Part shown: positions 17,179 through 26,623 of the stretch, one piece after another
Position numbering within the stretch: the first letter of the stretch is position 1
How the letters are laid out: the number at the start of each line of letters is the position of its first letter
Source of the DNA: Halarcobacter sp.
Lineage (GTDB): Bacteria; Campylobacterota; Campylobacteria; Campylobacterales; Arcobacteraceae
Length of the DNA: 64,000 nucleotides
Direction: 5' to 3'
Assembly: GCA_050296315.1 (NCBI GenBank)
Contig: JBNKRE010000006.1
Span: 89,760-153,759 of the forward strand
The notes under the pieces: model-generated
What the model saw: only the letters and a program-made list of their open reading frames with translations
The model's database searches: none
What the model was told of the DNA's origin: nothing
Program-made: the position numbers and the translations under genes

Positions 17179-18069
17179 ATGAAAACCATAGCTGAGAAAA
17201 CTTTAAATGCAGAAAAAATAGATTCTGTAAACAGCAATCCTACTACATCACAAATACTAGCATTAGATTCTAAACCAACAAATACAAATACAGATACAAC
17301 TACTATCGATGGAACAAGTATTAATGCTATGAGCTCTAATACTATAGATACACAGACACCAGCTATAGAATCAGGAAATGTTGATTTATCAAATCCTGAA
17401 GTTTTAGAAATGAATACACTAACAAGCAATATGTTAGAAGCTTCAAAAGAAGTAAATACAATCTTAGATATTGGAGGACCAGTTGTTTGGATTTTAGGAA
17501 TTTTTTCTATTTTTGCTCTTGCAATTGTATTTTTAAAGTTATGGCAATTTGCTACTTTACGTCCAGAAAAAGTTAAAAAAGTTAATAAAAGTTTAGAATT
17601 ATGGAAATCAAAAGATTATGATAGTGCCATAAAACTTTTAAACAAAAAGCATTCAACTGCTGAAATAGTTCATGATGCAATGGATGGTTTAATCAACAAT
17701 ATCAATCCAGATTTACTTCAAAAAAAGTTAGAAAAAAAAGCAAATAAGTTGATAAATCAATTGAATTCATATCTAAGACCTTTAGAGGTAATAGCTAATA
17801 TTAGTCCATTGTTAGGACTGATGGGGACAGTTCTTGGGATGATTTTAGCTTTTAAACAAATGGAGTTAGCAGGTAGTGAAGTAGATCCTTCTGTATTGTC
17901 AGGAGGTATTTGGCAAGCACTTTTAACAACAGCCGTTGGTCTTGCAGTTGCAATTCCAGTCTCAATGGCACATAGTTGGCTAGAAAGAAAAATAGAAAGA
18001 ATCTCTTATACTATAAATGAAGTGGTTTCTGAAGTATTTACATATCAACCAGAACAAAGTACAAAGTAA
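17179..18069 (+). CDS. exbB: MotA/TolQ/ExbB proton channel protein with long polar N-terminal extension
   Basis: GGPVVWIL, SPLLGLMGTVLGMI, GGIWQALLTTAVGL. Confidence 0.9.
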   Translation: MKTIAEKTLNAEKIDSVNSNPTTSQILALDSKPTNTNTDTTTIDGTSINAMSSNTIDTQTPAIESGNVDLSNPEVLEMNTLTSNMLEASKEVNTILDIGGPVVWILGIFSIFALAIVFLKLWQFATLRPEKVKKVNKSLELWKSKDYDSAIKLLNKKHSTAEIVHDAMDGLINNINPDLLQKKLEKKANKLINQLNSYLRPLEVIANISPLLGLMGTVLGMILAFKQMELAGSEVDPSVLSGGIWQALLTTAVGLAVAIPVSMAHSWLERKIERISYTINEVVSEVFTYQPEQSTK

Positions 18070-18083
18070 GGTATTAGTTAAAG

Positions 18084-18491
18084 ATGCTTCTTAATATTTC
18101 AGCAAAAAAAGATTCATCAATTAGTATTACTCCACTAATTGATGTTGTTTTCATTTTACTTTTATTTTTTATGTTATCTTCAACATTTCAAAGACAAAAA
18201 CAAATAGAGATGAAAACTTCTTCTATAAGTTCAGAACTTTCATCAAAACAAGATGATAAATCTCATAAACTTTTATTAGATATTGATGAGATAATTTATA
18301 TTGATGGAATAAAATATCAATTAAATAGTCATGAATTTAATACCAATTTAAACAACTTTGTAAAAAATAATGAGCAAGTAATACTTGCAGCTAATCCAAA
18401 AGTGAAAACTCAAAAGTTTATTGAGCTTCTTGATAGTTTACGAACTAGTGGAGTTATAAAATTAAATATCTCTAAATCGGAATTACCATGA
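18084..18491 (+). CDS. exbD: Biopolymer transport protein ExbD
   Basis: ITPLIDVVFILLLFFML. Confidence 0.92.
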   Translation: MLLNISAKKDSSISITPLIDVVFILLLFFMLSSTFQRQKQIEMKTSSISSELSSKQDDKSHKLLLDIDEIIYIDGIKYQLNSHEFNTNLNNFVKNNEQVILAANPKVKTQKFIELLDSLRTSGVIKLNISKSELP

Positions 18492-18892
18492 AATTAATAA
18501 ATATAAATCAAAATAAAAAAAGTATGAAAAAACTTGATGATAGTATGATTCCTGCTATTAATATAGTTTTTCTACTTTTGATCTTTTTTATGATTGCAGG
18601 GAAAATTGAAAGTAGAAACACACAATTATTAGTTCCAAAATCAACAAGTGATGAAAAGTTTTTAAAACAAGAAATAAATATAAATATTATGCCAAATGGT
18701 GATTACTCTATTAATAATACAAAAGTTGAAGACTCTTTAATGAAGCAGTTTGAAGTATTAGCTTTAAATGAAAATTCTGTTATCACTTGTCATATTCATA
18801 ATGAACTTCCAATATCGAAGTTAGATGAAGTTTTAGAAGCCGTACAAGCTTTTGGTATAAAACAAATAAATATAGCGACACATAGGTATTAA
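18488..18892 (+). CDS. exbD: Biopolymer transport protein ExbD (second copy)
   Basis: IPAINIVFLLLIFFMIAG. Confidence 0.88.
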   Translation: MKLININQNKKSMKKLDDSMIPAINIVFLLLIFFMIAGKIESRNTQLLVPKSTSDEKFLKQEININIMPNGDYSINNTKVEDSLMKQFEVLALNENSVITCHIHNELPISKLDEVLEAVQAFGIKQINIATHRY

Positions 18893-18893
18893 T

Positions 18894-19715
18894 ATGGGAT
18901 TTAAATTATTTGTTAGTATATTTATAGCAATTTTGGTACATGTTTCTTTTGCCTTTGCTTATTTTTATAATGAATCTAAGGATGAGGGTGCAATAGATAA
19001 AGGGAAAGATGGGATTGTAGTTGGTGTAGGAATCACAGGAAGTTTTGCAGATAGTGAAAAAACAGGTGAAAATGAAAATGAAACTAAAGAGAAGAAAAAG
19101 CCTATAGAAAAGTCAAAGCCAGAATTAGAACCAAAGCCAAAGCCAAAACCAAAGCCAGAACCAAAATCTGAGCCAAAACCAAAGCCAGAATCAAAACCAA
19201 AATCTGAGCCGAAACCAAAGTTAGAACCAATAACTAAATCAGAACCAATTGTAGAGCAAGCGTTAACAAAAGACTTTATATCAGAACCAGAATCAAAAGT
19301 AGAATCTACTAAATCTAATTCTGATGTTAATCTATCTGATAAAACACAATTAGCAAGAAGGGCAACGGGAACTGGTGAACAGGTTCAAACTGGTGGCAAT
19401 CCAGCTGCACAGCAAGGATATTTAAGTATTGTAAAAACTAGAATCTCACGTGCTAAAAAATATCCAAGAAGTGCAAGAAAAGAGGGTGTTGTTGGAACTG
19501 CAATAGTTAGATTTGTTATTAAGCTAAATGGAAAAGTAGAAGATATTCAACTAATAAAAAGTTCAGGTGATGAAAGATTAGATGAAGAGGCGATGAAAAT
19601 GTTAAAAAAAGCAAGTCCATTTCCAGCTATTCCAAAAGACGTAAGTCTTGAACCTTTGGATTTAACTTTACCAATTGAGTTTAAATTAAAAACTATTAAA
19701 AATAAATTTTATTAA
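18894..19715 (+). CDS. tonB: Energy transducer TonB
   Basis: N-terminal TM with His, (EP/KP)n linker, YPRSARKEGVVG, SSGDERLDEEA. Confidence 0.92.
   Translation: MGFKLFVSIFIAILVHVSFAFAYFYNESKDEGAIDKGKDGIVVGVGITGSFADSEKTGENENETKEKKKPIEKSKPELEPKPKPKPKPEPKSEPKPKPESKPKSEPKPKLEPITKSEPIVEQALTKDFISEPESKVESTKSNSDVNLSDKTQLARRATGTGEQVQTGGNPAAQQGYLSIVKTRISRAKKYPRSARKEGVVGTAIVRFVIKLNGKVEDIQLIKSSGDERLDEEAMKMLKKASPFPAIPKDVSLEPLDLTLPIEFKLKTIKNKFY
19128..19230 (+). repeat. Imperfect tandem coding repeat (PKPKPEPKSE) in tonB linker
   Basis: Repeated CCAAAG/CCAAAA/CCAGAA hexamers and CCAAAATCTGAGCC units; bounds approximate. Confidence 0.8.
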
Positions 19716-19899
19716 ATAAAAGGAGGTTAAATAAAAGCACACACTAAGGAGAAACTAAATAAAGAGGAAATAAAAATGTTCTCGTTATAACCCTTTATCT
19801 AGTTTCATTGGAAGAAGTTAGTTGCGAGTTAACTTCTCCCATAATTATACATAGAATAGATAAATAAAAAGTAAACTAAATAACAATTATGGAGAAATA

Positions 19900-22230
19900 A
19901 TGACAAATAAAAATATAGAAATAAAGACAACAACTAAAAACCCCCAGCAGATGTCAACATTGGCTTTTGCACTTTGTGCAAGTTTATTGGCAACACAAGT
20001 AAATGCCAAAGAAGAAAAAGCAAAAAGTACAACTTTAGAAAAAGTTAGCGTTGAAGAGTCGGTATCAAGAGAGACAAATCCTTATGCAGTACCAGGGTCA
20101 CCTTATTTAGCAGAGAGATTATCTGATCCAAGAAGAACTAGAAAACTTGCTGAGACACCACAAACTATTACTGTATTAACTGCTGAAGCTATTAAAGAAT
20201 CAGGTAGAACTGATTTAAAAGAGATACTAGATGGGCAACCAGGGATTACTTTAGGTACTGGAGAAAATGGAAATGCTTTTGGTGATAGATATGTTATTCG
20301 TGGTCATGAAGCAAGATCTGATATGTTTGTTGACGGATTAAGAGATCCTGGTATGACTATGAGAGAAAGCTTTGCAGTAGACCAAATTGAAATTAGTAAG
20401 GGACCTAGCTCAAGTTTTGCTGGACGTGGTACAACTGGGGGTGCTGTTAATTCAAGTACAAAAAGAGCTAGTACAGAATCTGATTTTGGAGAAATCACTA
20501 CTGCTATTGGAACAGATAATCATCATAGAATAACATTAGATTATAATAAGGTTATAAATGATGATACTGCAATTAGAGCTAATATTTTACATGCTAAAGA
20601 AGATGTTCCCGATAGAGATCCAGCTGATAGAGAAAGAAAAGGTCTTGCCTTATCTTTAACTCACCAAGCAACTGATAATTTAGAGTTTACTGTAGACTAT
20701 TATCATTTTGAAGGTGATGACAACCCTGATTTAGGTACTTATTTAACAGATTCGGATGGTGATGGATATACAAATAATCCTGCAAAAAATGTGCCTGCAT
20801 ATTTACAGGATGAAGATTTTTTAAGTACACAAGTTGATACTATAACTTTAAGAACAGGATTAGAAATAGATGATAGTTCAAGAATAGTAAACCTTACAAG
20901 ATTTGGTAAGACTGATAATGGATATTTTGTATCAGGTGCAAGAGGTACAACAGGATATGCAACTGAGGCTGATGCACTAGCTGGAACTAATGGCTTTGAT
21001 ACTTTTACAATAAGTAATCATCAAGGGTGGCAAGAGGTTGAATATTTTGCAAATCAACTTAACTATATGAAAGAGTTAGAGATTGCACAGATGAAACATG
21101 AGTTTGTTCTTGGTGCTGAATATCAAAGACAAACAGTTTTAAATGGAGTTTATAGTGCAACTTCAAATGGTGCAACTAATTGTTATGCCTCAGGTAGAGG
21201 AGGTGTAGCTAGTTCATATTGTGGAAGAGATTCAAGTGGAAATATTGTTTCAAACCTAAATAGTTTATTACAAAGAGATATTACAAAAAGTGATTGGGAT
21301 TCAGATTGGAGTTTAAATACTATCTCTTTATATCTAATGGATACTGTTGATTTAACTGATGATTGGACAGCCTTTGGTGGTGTTAGATATGAACATTATG
21401 ATTATAATCTAAAAACTCAAGGTAGATCAGATGCCGAATATGATTATAATAAAGGTGATTGGAATGGACATGTAGGAGTTAGTTATAAGATTAATCCCTC
21501 AGCAAATGTTTATGCAAGTTTTTCTACGGCAACAAACTTAAATGGTGGAGAGTCTGATGTTGGTACTAGTGGTGGATATGGAGGTTATGTTGATACTGGT
21601 GATACAGCTTCAGCTGAGCCAGAGACAACAAATAGTTATGAGCTGGGTACTAAGTGGAGATTCAACAACGATAAACTTCTAGCAACTGCAGCAGTATTTA
21701 GAATAGACAAAACTGATGTTATGGAAACTGTTAGTGGTGGTGATTATAGTGCTACTGGTACAGCTAATACTGGAGGAAATAGAGTTGATGGTATTGAGTT
21801 TGGTTTATCTGGTTATCTTACAGATAAATTAAGTGTTCAAGGTGGTATTACATTTATGAAATCAAAAATAACTAAATCTAGTAATTCAGACAATGTAGGA
21901 AAAAAACTTGCTAACTTTGCAAATAATTCAATAAATGTACAAGCTAGATATCACTTAACTCCAGCATTTACTCTAGGTGGTGCAGTAAATTATGAAAGTA
22001 AAAAATATACAGGACAACCAGATTCTGCAGCTAGTGAAACTATGTATGTTCCAGCTTACACAACTGTAGATGCTTTTGCTACTTATAAAATAAACTCTAA
22101 AGCATCATTAAGATTAAATGTTAATAATCTATTTAATAAAGATTATTATTTAGCAGCATATAGATCGGGTTCATTTACTTATATTGGTGATAAAAGAAAT
22201 GCTCAACTTACATTAAATTATAAGTTTTAA
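19900..22230 (+). CDS. TonB-dependent receptor, Fiu/PiuA-like siderophore receptor
   Basis: Signal peptide, TonB-box-like LEKVSVE, ETPQTITV, IRG, FVDGLRD, C-terminal LNYKF. Confidence 0.9.
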   Translation: MTNKNIEIKTTTKNPQQMSTLAFALCASLLATQVNAKEEKAKSTTLEKVSVEESVSRETNPYAVPGSPYLAERLSDPRRTRKLAETPQTITVLTAEAIKESGRTDLKEILDGQPGITLGTGENGNAFGDRYVIRGHEARSDMFVDGLRDPGMTMRESFAVDQIEISKGPSSSFAGRGTTGGAVNSSTKRASTESDFGEITTAIGTDNHHRITLDYNKVINDDTAIRANILHAKEDVPDRDPADRERKGLALSLTHQATDNLEFTVDYYHFEGDDNPDLGTYLTDSDGDGYTNNPAKNVPAYLQDEDFLSTQVDTITLRTGLEIDDSSRIVNLTRFGKTDNGYFVSGARGTTGYATEADALAGTNGFDTFTISNHQGWQEVEYFANQLNYMKELEIAQMKHEFVLGAEYQRQTVLNGVYSATSNGATNCYASGRGGVASSYCGRDSSGNIVSNLNSLLQRDITKSDWDSDWSLNTISLYLMDTVDLTDDWTAFGGVRYEHYDYNLKTQGRSDAEYDYNKGDWNGHVGVSYKINPSANVYASFSTATNLNGGESDVGTSGGYGGYVDTGDTASAEPETTNSYELGTKWRFNNDKLLATAAVFRIDKTDVMETVSGGDYSATGTANTGGNRVDGIEFGLSGYLTDKLSVQGGITFMKSKITKSSNSDNVGKKLANFANNSINVQARYHLTPAFTLGGAVNYESKKYTGQPDSAASETMYVPAYTTVDAFATYKINSKASLRLNVNNLFNKDYYLAAYRSGSFTYIGDKRNAQLTLNYKF

Positions 22231-22232
22231 TA

Positions 22233-23345
22233 TTGATGGCTAAATATAAAACATTAAACCATATTCCTTTAGAAATATTAAATGCCAGTGATTATGAATC
22301 ACTGGCACCAAGTTTTATTTCAAATGAAAATTTTGGATATATTTCAGGTGGTAGTGGTTTTGATAAAACTTTACATCAAAACCGTATTTCCTTTTCACAA
22401 TACAATATCATACCTAGTGTTTTTAGTGATGTTAGTAATGCTTCAACTAAACTTGAATTACTTGGACAAACTTTAGAACATCCATTTCTTTTAGCACCAT
22501 TAGCATATCAAACCTTGGCACACAAAGATGGTGAAATAGCAACAGCACAAGCTTGTGAAGCTACAGATACTCTTATGGTTGCAAGTACACTTTCTTCATA
22601 TACTATGGAAGATATTTCTAAAAATGCAGGATCTCATACTCATAAATGGTTTCAGTTATATCTACAAGATAATTTCAACGATACTTTAAAATTAATTAGA
22701 AGAGCTGAATATAGTGGATATAAAGCAATAGTTCTAACTGTAGATGCAAGTGTACAATTACCAAGTAGAACAGCTATAAATGCAGGTTTTAAGATGCCAA
22801 ATGATTTATATCCAGCTAATCTTATAGATTTAACTCCTAGTATAACTGAAACGATTGATGAACAAAAAAATGAAGTATTTAGAATTTTTGCCAAAAATGT
22901 TATCAATAAAGAGATTATAAAAAAAATAAAAGAGTTTACAAACTTACCTTTACTAATTAAAGGTGTACTAAATCCTAATGATGCATTAGCTTTAAAAGAG
23001 TTAGGTGTTGAGGGGCTTATAGTTTCAAATCATGGAGGAAGAACTCTTGATGGAGTTCCTGCAAGTTTAACAATGTTAGCTCAAATTCGTCAAGCAGTTG
23101 CAGATGATTTTTGTTTACTTTTTGATAGCGGTATTCGTTCAGGAGATGATGCTTTTAAAGCAATTGCTTTAGGTGCAAATGCAGTCTTAGTAGGGCGTCT
23201 TCAAGTTTATGCACTCTCAGTCGCAGGAGCTTTAGGGGTTGCTCATATGATAAAACTTTTAAGGCAAGAGTTTGAATTAAGTATGGCTTTAACAGGAGCC
23301 AATAGTATTGAAGATATAAAAGAAAGTTTATTACAAAAAGGATAA
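22233..23345 (+). CDS. FMN-dependent alpha-hydroxy acid oxidase/dehydrogenase
   Basis: [43 protein letters not shown]. Confidence 0.93.
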   Translation: MMAKYKTLNHIPLEILNASDYESLAPSFISNENFGYISGGSGFDKTLHQNRISFSQYNIIPSVFSDVSNASTKLELLGQTLEHPFLLAPLAYQTLAHKDGEIATAQACEATDTLMVASTLSSYTMEDISKNAGSHTHKWFQLYLQDNFNDTLKLIRRAEYSGYKAIVLTVDASVQLPSRTAINAGFKMPNDLYPANLIDLTPSITETIDEQKNEVFRIFAKNVINKEIIKKIKEFTNLPLLIKGVLNPNDALALKELGVEGLIVSNHGGRTLDGVPASLTMLAQIRQAVADDFCLLFDSGIRSGDDAFKAIALGANAVLVGRLQVYALSVAGALGVAHMIKLLRQEFELSMALTGANSIEDIKESLLQKG

Positions 23346-23349
23346 AAAT

Positions 23350-24033
23350 ATGTTAATTACTATACCAAATATTTTAAGTGAAGAAGAAGTAAAACAATTT
23401 AGAGAATATTTAGATGAAGCACAATGGGAAGATGGAAGTAACACGGCTGGAAGTATAGCTTTAAATGTAAAAAGAAATCAACAATTAGATGATACAAAAG
23501 AGCCTGCCCTTAGTTTAGGAAGTCACATATTAAAAGTACTTTCTCAAAACCCAACTTTTATATCTGCTGCCCTTCCACATAAAATCTACCCTCCAAAGTT
23601 TAATAAATATGGTGTCAATGAAACCTATGGCGCTCATATTGATGGTTCCTTGATGCAAATACCAGGGACTAGTGAAACTATGAGAACTGACTTATCTGCA
23701 ACTATTTTTTTAGAAGAACCAGAAAATTATGAAGGTGGTGAACTTTCAATAGAAACAAAATATGGTATTCAAACTGTGAAATTAGCTGCTGGTGATATGG
23801 TACTTTATCCTTCAACTAGTTTACATCATGTATCAAAAGTTACAAAAGGAGCTAGAGTAGCTTCATTTTTTTGGATACAAAGTATGGTAAAAGATATAGC
23901 ACAAAGGGAAACATTATTTAACTTAGATCAGTCAGTACAAAAATTAACTTTAGAACTTGGTTCAAGTCATCAAGAAGTAGTAAATCTTAGTGGGATTTAT
24001 CACAATTTGATTCGTCAATGGGCAAATACTTAA
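23350..24033 (+). CDS. piuC: PKHD-type Fe(II)/2-oxoglutarate hydroxylase (PiuC/YbiX)
   Basis: [49 protein letters not shown]. Confidence 0.92.
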   Translation: MLITIPNILSEEEVKQFREYLDEAQWEDGSNTAGSIALNVKRNQQLDDTKEPALSLGSHILKVLSQNPTFISAALPHKIYPPKFNKYGVNETYGAHIDGSLMQIPGTSETMRTDLSATIFLEEPENYEGGELSIETKYGIQTVKLAAGDMVLYPSTSLHHVSKVTKGARVASFFWIQSMVKDIAQRETLFNLDQSVQKLTLELGSSHQEVVNLSGIYHNLIRQWANT

Positions 24034-24124
24034 GTAAAAAATAAGTAAAACTTTTTTAATTTATTAAAATTGAACAATATAGGTTCAGTTTGGAACAATG
24101 AAGTTTTGATACTTTCTGTACATC

Positions 24125-26233
24125 TTATTGGGTGAGTTCTTTTATTGGAAGTCTTATGTTAAACTGGGCACCAAAATATTTTTCTGAATCTATTTCAAAT
24201 TCACTATTTTCTACACTAATCTCACCATTGAAATGTTTTTCAATGATTTGTTCACTCATATAAAGACCAATACCTGTACCTTGACTCTTATGTTTTGTAG
24301 TAAAATATGGTTCAAAAACTTTATCTATAATATTGTCATCAATTCCATTTGCATTGTCTTGAATGGTAACTACAAGATAGTTACCATCATTTTTTATTTT
24401 GATAATTATATATTTGTTTTCTATATCACTTTGCAAAAATGCATCCATACTATTGTTTAAAATATTTAAAAACACCTGTATAAGTTCATTTTTATAACCT
24501 TGTAGTTGGTATTCAGTTCTATTATAGATTTGTATATGAATATCATTTGAATAAAGTTTTAATTTTAAAATATTTAAAGCATCTTGTATTATAGTTTCAA
24601 CTTTAAAGGTTTCAATATCTTCACTATGTTTAAAAAAGTTTCTAAAATCTTCAATTGTTTGAGATAAAAAATTTGATGATTTCAAAATAATTTCTAAAGA
24701 CTCTTCTAAATAATCATCATCTAAACTATTAAACTCTTTTTTTAGTTTTATACCTGTTGATGCAGTAGTAATTGTTGATAATGGTTGTCTCCATTGATGA
24801 GCAATATTTTCTAGCATCTCACCCATTGATGCCATTTTAGCTTGTTGATAAAATAGTTTTTGTTTCTCTTCATAATCTTTTTTTATTTTTAAATCTTCTG
24901 TAACATCTCGAATAATCGAATAAATTAACTTTTTGTCATCAATTTCTACGCAAGAGGAATAAACTTCAACATCTCTTATCTCTCCTGAGGCTAATTTATG
25001 TTTAAAAATAAAGTAGTTTTTGTCTTTATTTAGTATCTGATCAAACACTTCACTTTTACGATACAAATCAATATTTATATCATATGATTTTAGTCTTTTT
25101 ATCTCTTCTTTTGTATATCCGTAAAACTTTAATGCAGCAGTATTCGCATCAATTATCTGTTTTGTTTGAGGATCAACTATTAATTTGATTGCCATAGATT
25201 CTTCAAATAATTGTTCATATCTTTTTTTTGTTATGTTTAATTCTTTTGTTCGTCGTTTTACTTCATTTTCTAATTCTTTAGTATATTTAGATTTATTGAA
25301 AAAATAGTATAAAGCAAAAAGAATAAGCATAAGAAAGGCAATTAATAAGGTAATAATTATAATAAACTGTTCAAAATTTTTTATCTCTTCTAAATAGATG
25401 TTATTATAATCTGAAAAAATACAAATATAAGCCATAGGTTTATTGTTGAAATCATTTAAAGTTAAAGTAGTAGTAAAATATTTATTTTCTACAATATCAA
25501 AGTTTTCTAAGGATATAAAATTTTTTATATCCTTTTGAATAGTTTTCATAATATCTGGTTTAGCATTTATATTTGCTACATAATAATCATCAATAAAAAG
25601 TTTTGAAAAAGGTTTAGTTATTTGATTTTTATATTTTTTATCAACTAATACTACTAAGTTCATTCCCTCTTTTTCCAATTTTTCTGAAATAGAATTAAAT
25701 TTGGTGATAACCTCTATTAATCCTAAAAATTTTTTATCTTCATAAATAGGAACAATACTTTTAAAGGTTAAATCAAATATACCTACACTAATAACTGAGG
25801 TGATTTTTGGAGTTTTTAATAAAGAAGGTAACTCTTTTCTGACATTTAAAAGATAATCATCTTTTTTTGGTGACCAACTTCTATATCGGCTTATACCTTT
25901 TGTATCAATTAGATGTATCCAAACATTTTTAAAATTACTATGTTCTCTAGTTTTTAATGAGATTTTTTGAAGATTTATTTTTTGGTTTTTATCATTCAAC
26001 AAAAATTGTTTGTATGAATCATTTTCAGATAGTGCTATTGCTATATTTAAAGTGGCATATGCTTTATCATCAACAAGTTGTTGTATTAAATTTTTGTAAT
26101 TTTGTGCTATTGTCTGATATTTGTCTTTTTTTAATGTATCAATTTTTATATCTAATAAATACTCTACTGGTAAAAATATAAAGAAAAATAGAATTACAAT
26201 TATAAAATATTTAAAATTATTTTTTATATTCAT
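24125..26233 (-). CDS. Sensor histidine kinase (Cache-like periplasmic domain plus PAS), no adjacent response regulator
   Basis: Two TMs, PAS (IIDANTAALKFYGY), H-box ENIAHQWRQPL, DNANGI, GTGIGLY. Confidence 0.9.
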   Translation of the reverse strand: MNIKNNFKYFIIVILFFFIFLPVEYLLDIKIDTLKKDKYQTIAQNYKNLIQQLVDDKAYATLNIAIALSENDSYKQFLLNDKNQKINLQKISLKTREHSNFKNVWIHLIDTKGISRYRSWSPKKDDYLLNVRKELPSLLKTPKITSVISVGIFDLTFKSIVPIYEDKKFLGLIEVITKFNSISEKLEKEGMNLVVLVDKKYKNQITKPFSKLFIDDYYVANINAKPDIMKTIQKDIKNFISLENFDIVENKYFTTTLTLNDFNNKPMAYICIFSDYNNIYLEEIKNFEQFIIIITLLIAFLMLILFALYYFFNKSKYTKELENEVKRRTKELNITKKRYEQLFEESMAIKLIVDPQTKQIIDANTAALKFYGYTKEEIKRLKSYDINIDLYRKSEVFDQILNKDKNYFIFKHKLASGEIRDVEVYSSCVEIDDKKLIYSIIRDVTEDLKIKKDYEEKQKLFYQQAKMASMGEMLENIAHQWRQPLSTITTASTGIKLKKEFNSLDDDYLEESLEIILKSSNFLSQTIEDFRNFFKHSEDIETFKVETIIQDALNILKLKLYSNDIHIQIYNRTEYQLQGYKNELIQVFLNILNNSMDAFLQSDIENKYIIIKIKNDGNYLVVTIQDNANGIDDNIIDKVFEPYFTTKHKSQGTGIGLYMSEQIIEKHFNGEISVENSEFEIDSEKYFGAQFNIRLPIKELTQ

Positions 26234-26310
26234 AATCTAATTTTATCTAAAAAAGGATTAATCTTAGTATGGAAGTTAGCCTTTTCTAGATAACAGGATT
26301 ATTAATTTTT

Positions 26311-26622
26311 TTATTCAAATAAAATGTATATAATATTATTTTCTACTTTAGTATCAAATGCTTTTGTACAGCCACCATTTTCTTCCAAAGCTTGTCCATT
26401 GTCTAGGTTTAAATCTAGGTTATGTAATGGGCAAGTTATTTTATGTTCATGAACTAAACCTTCACTTAGTTTTCCATTTTTATGAGGACAAGAGTTTTTC
26501 AAAGCAAAGATTGAACCATCTTTTGTTTTAAATATGGCAATTTCAGTTTCATTAACTTCAACTTTTCTAGCTCCCATTGAAGGGATATTTTCAACTTCAG
26601 TTATTTTAATCCAAGTTGCCAT
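26311..26622 (-). CDS. nirD: Nitrite reductase small (Rieske) subunit
   Basis: MATWIKI start at 26622 after GAGGAG RBS; CPHKNG and CPLHN Rieske motifs. Confidence 0.93.
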   Translation of the reverse strand: MATWIKITEVENIPSMGARKVEVNETEIAIFKTKDGSIFALKNSCPHKNGKLSEGLVHEHKITCPLHNLDLNLDNGQALEENGGCTKAFDTKVENNIIYILFE

Positions 26623-26623
26623 T

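Noticed and set aside
19128-19230. Tandem repeats as a possible CRISPR or VNTR
   Set aside because: In-frame Pro/Lys/Glu linker of TonB; no spacers
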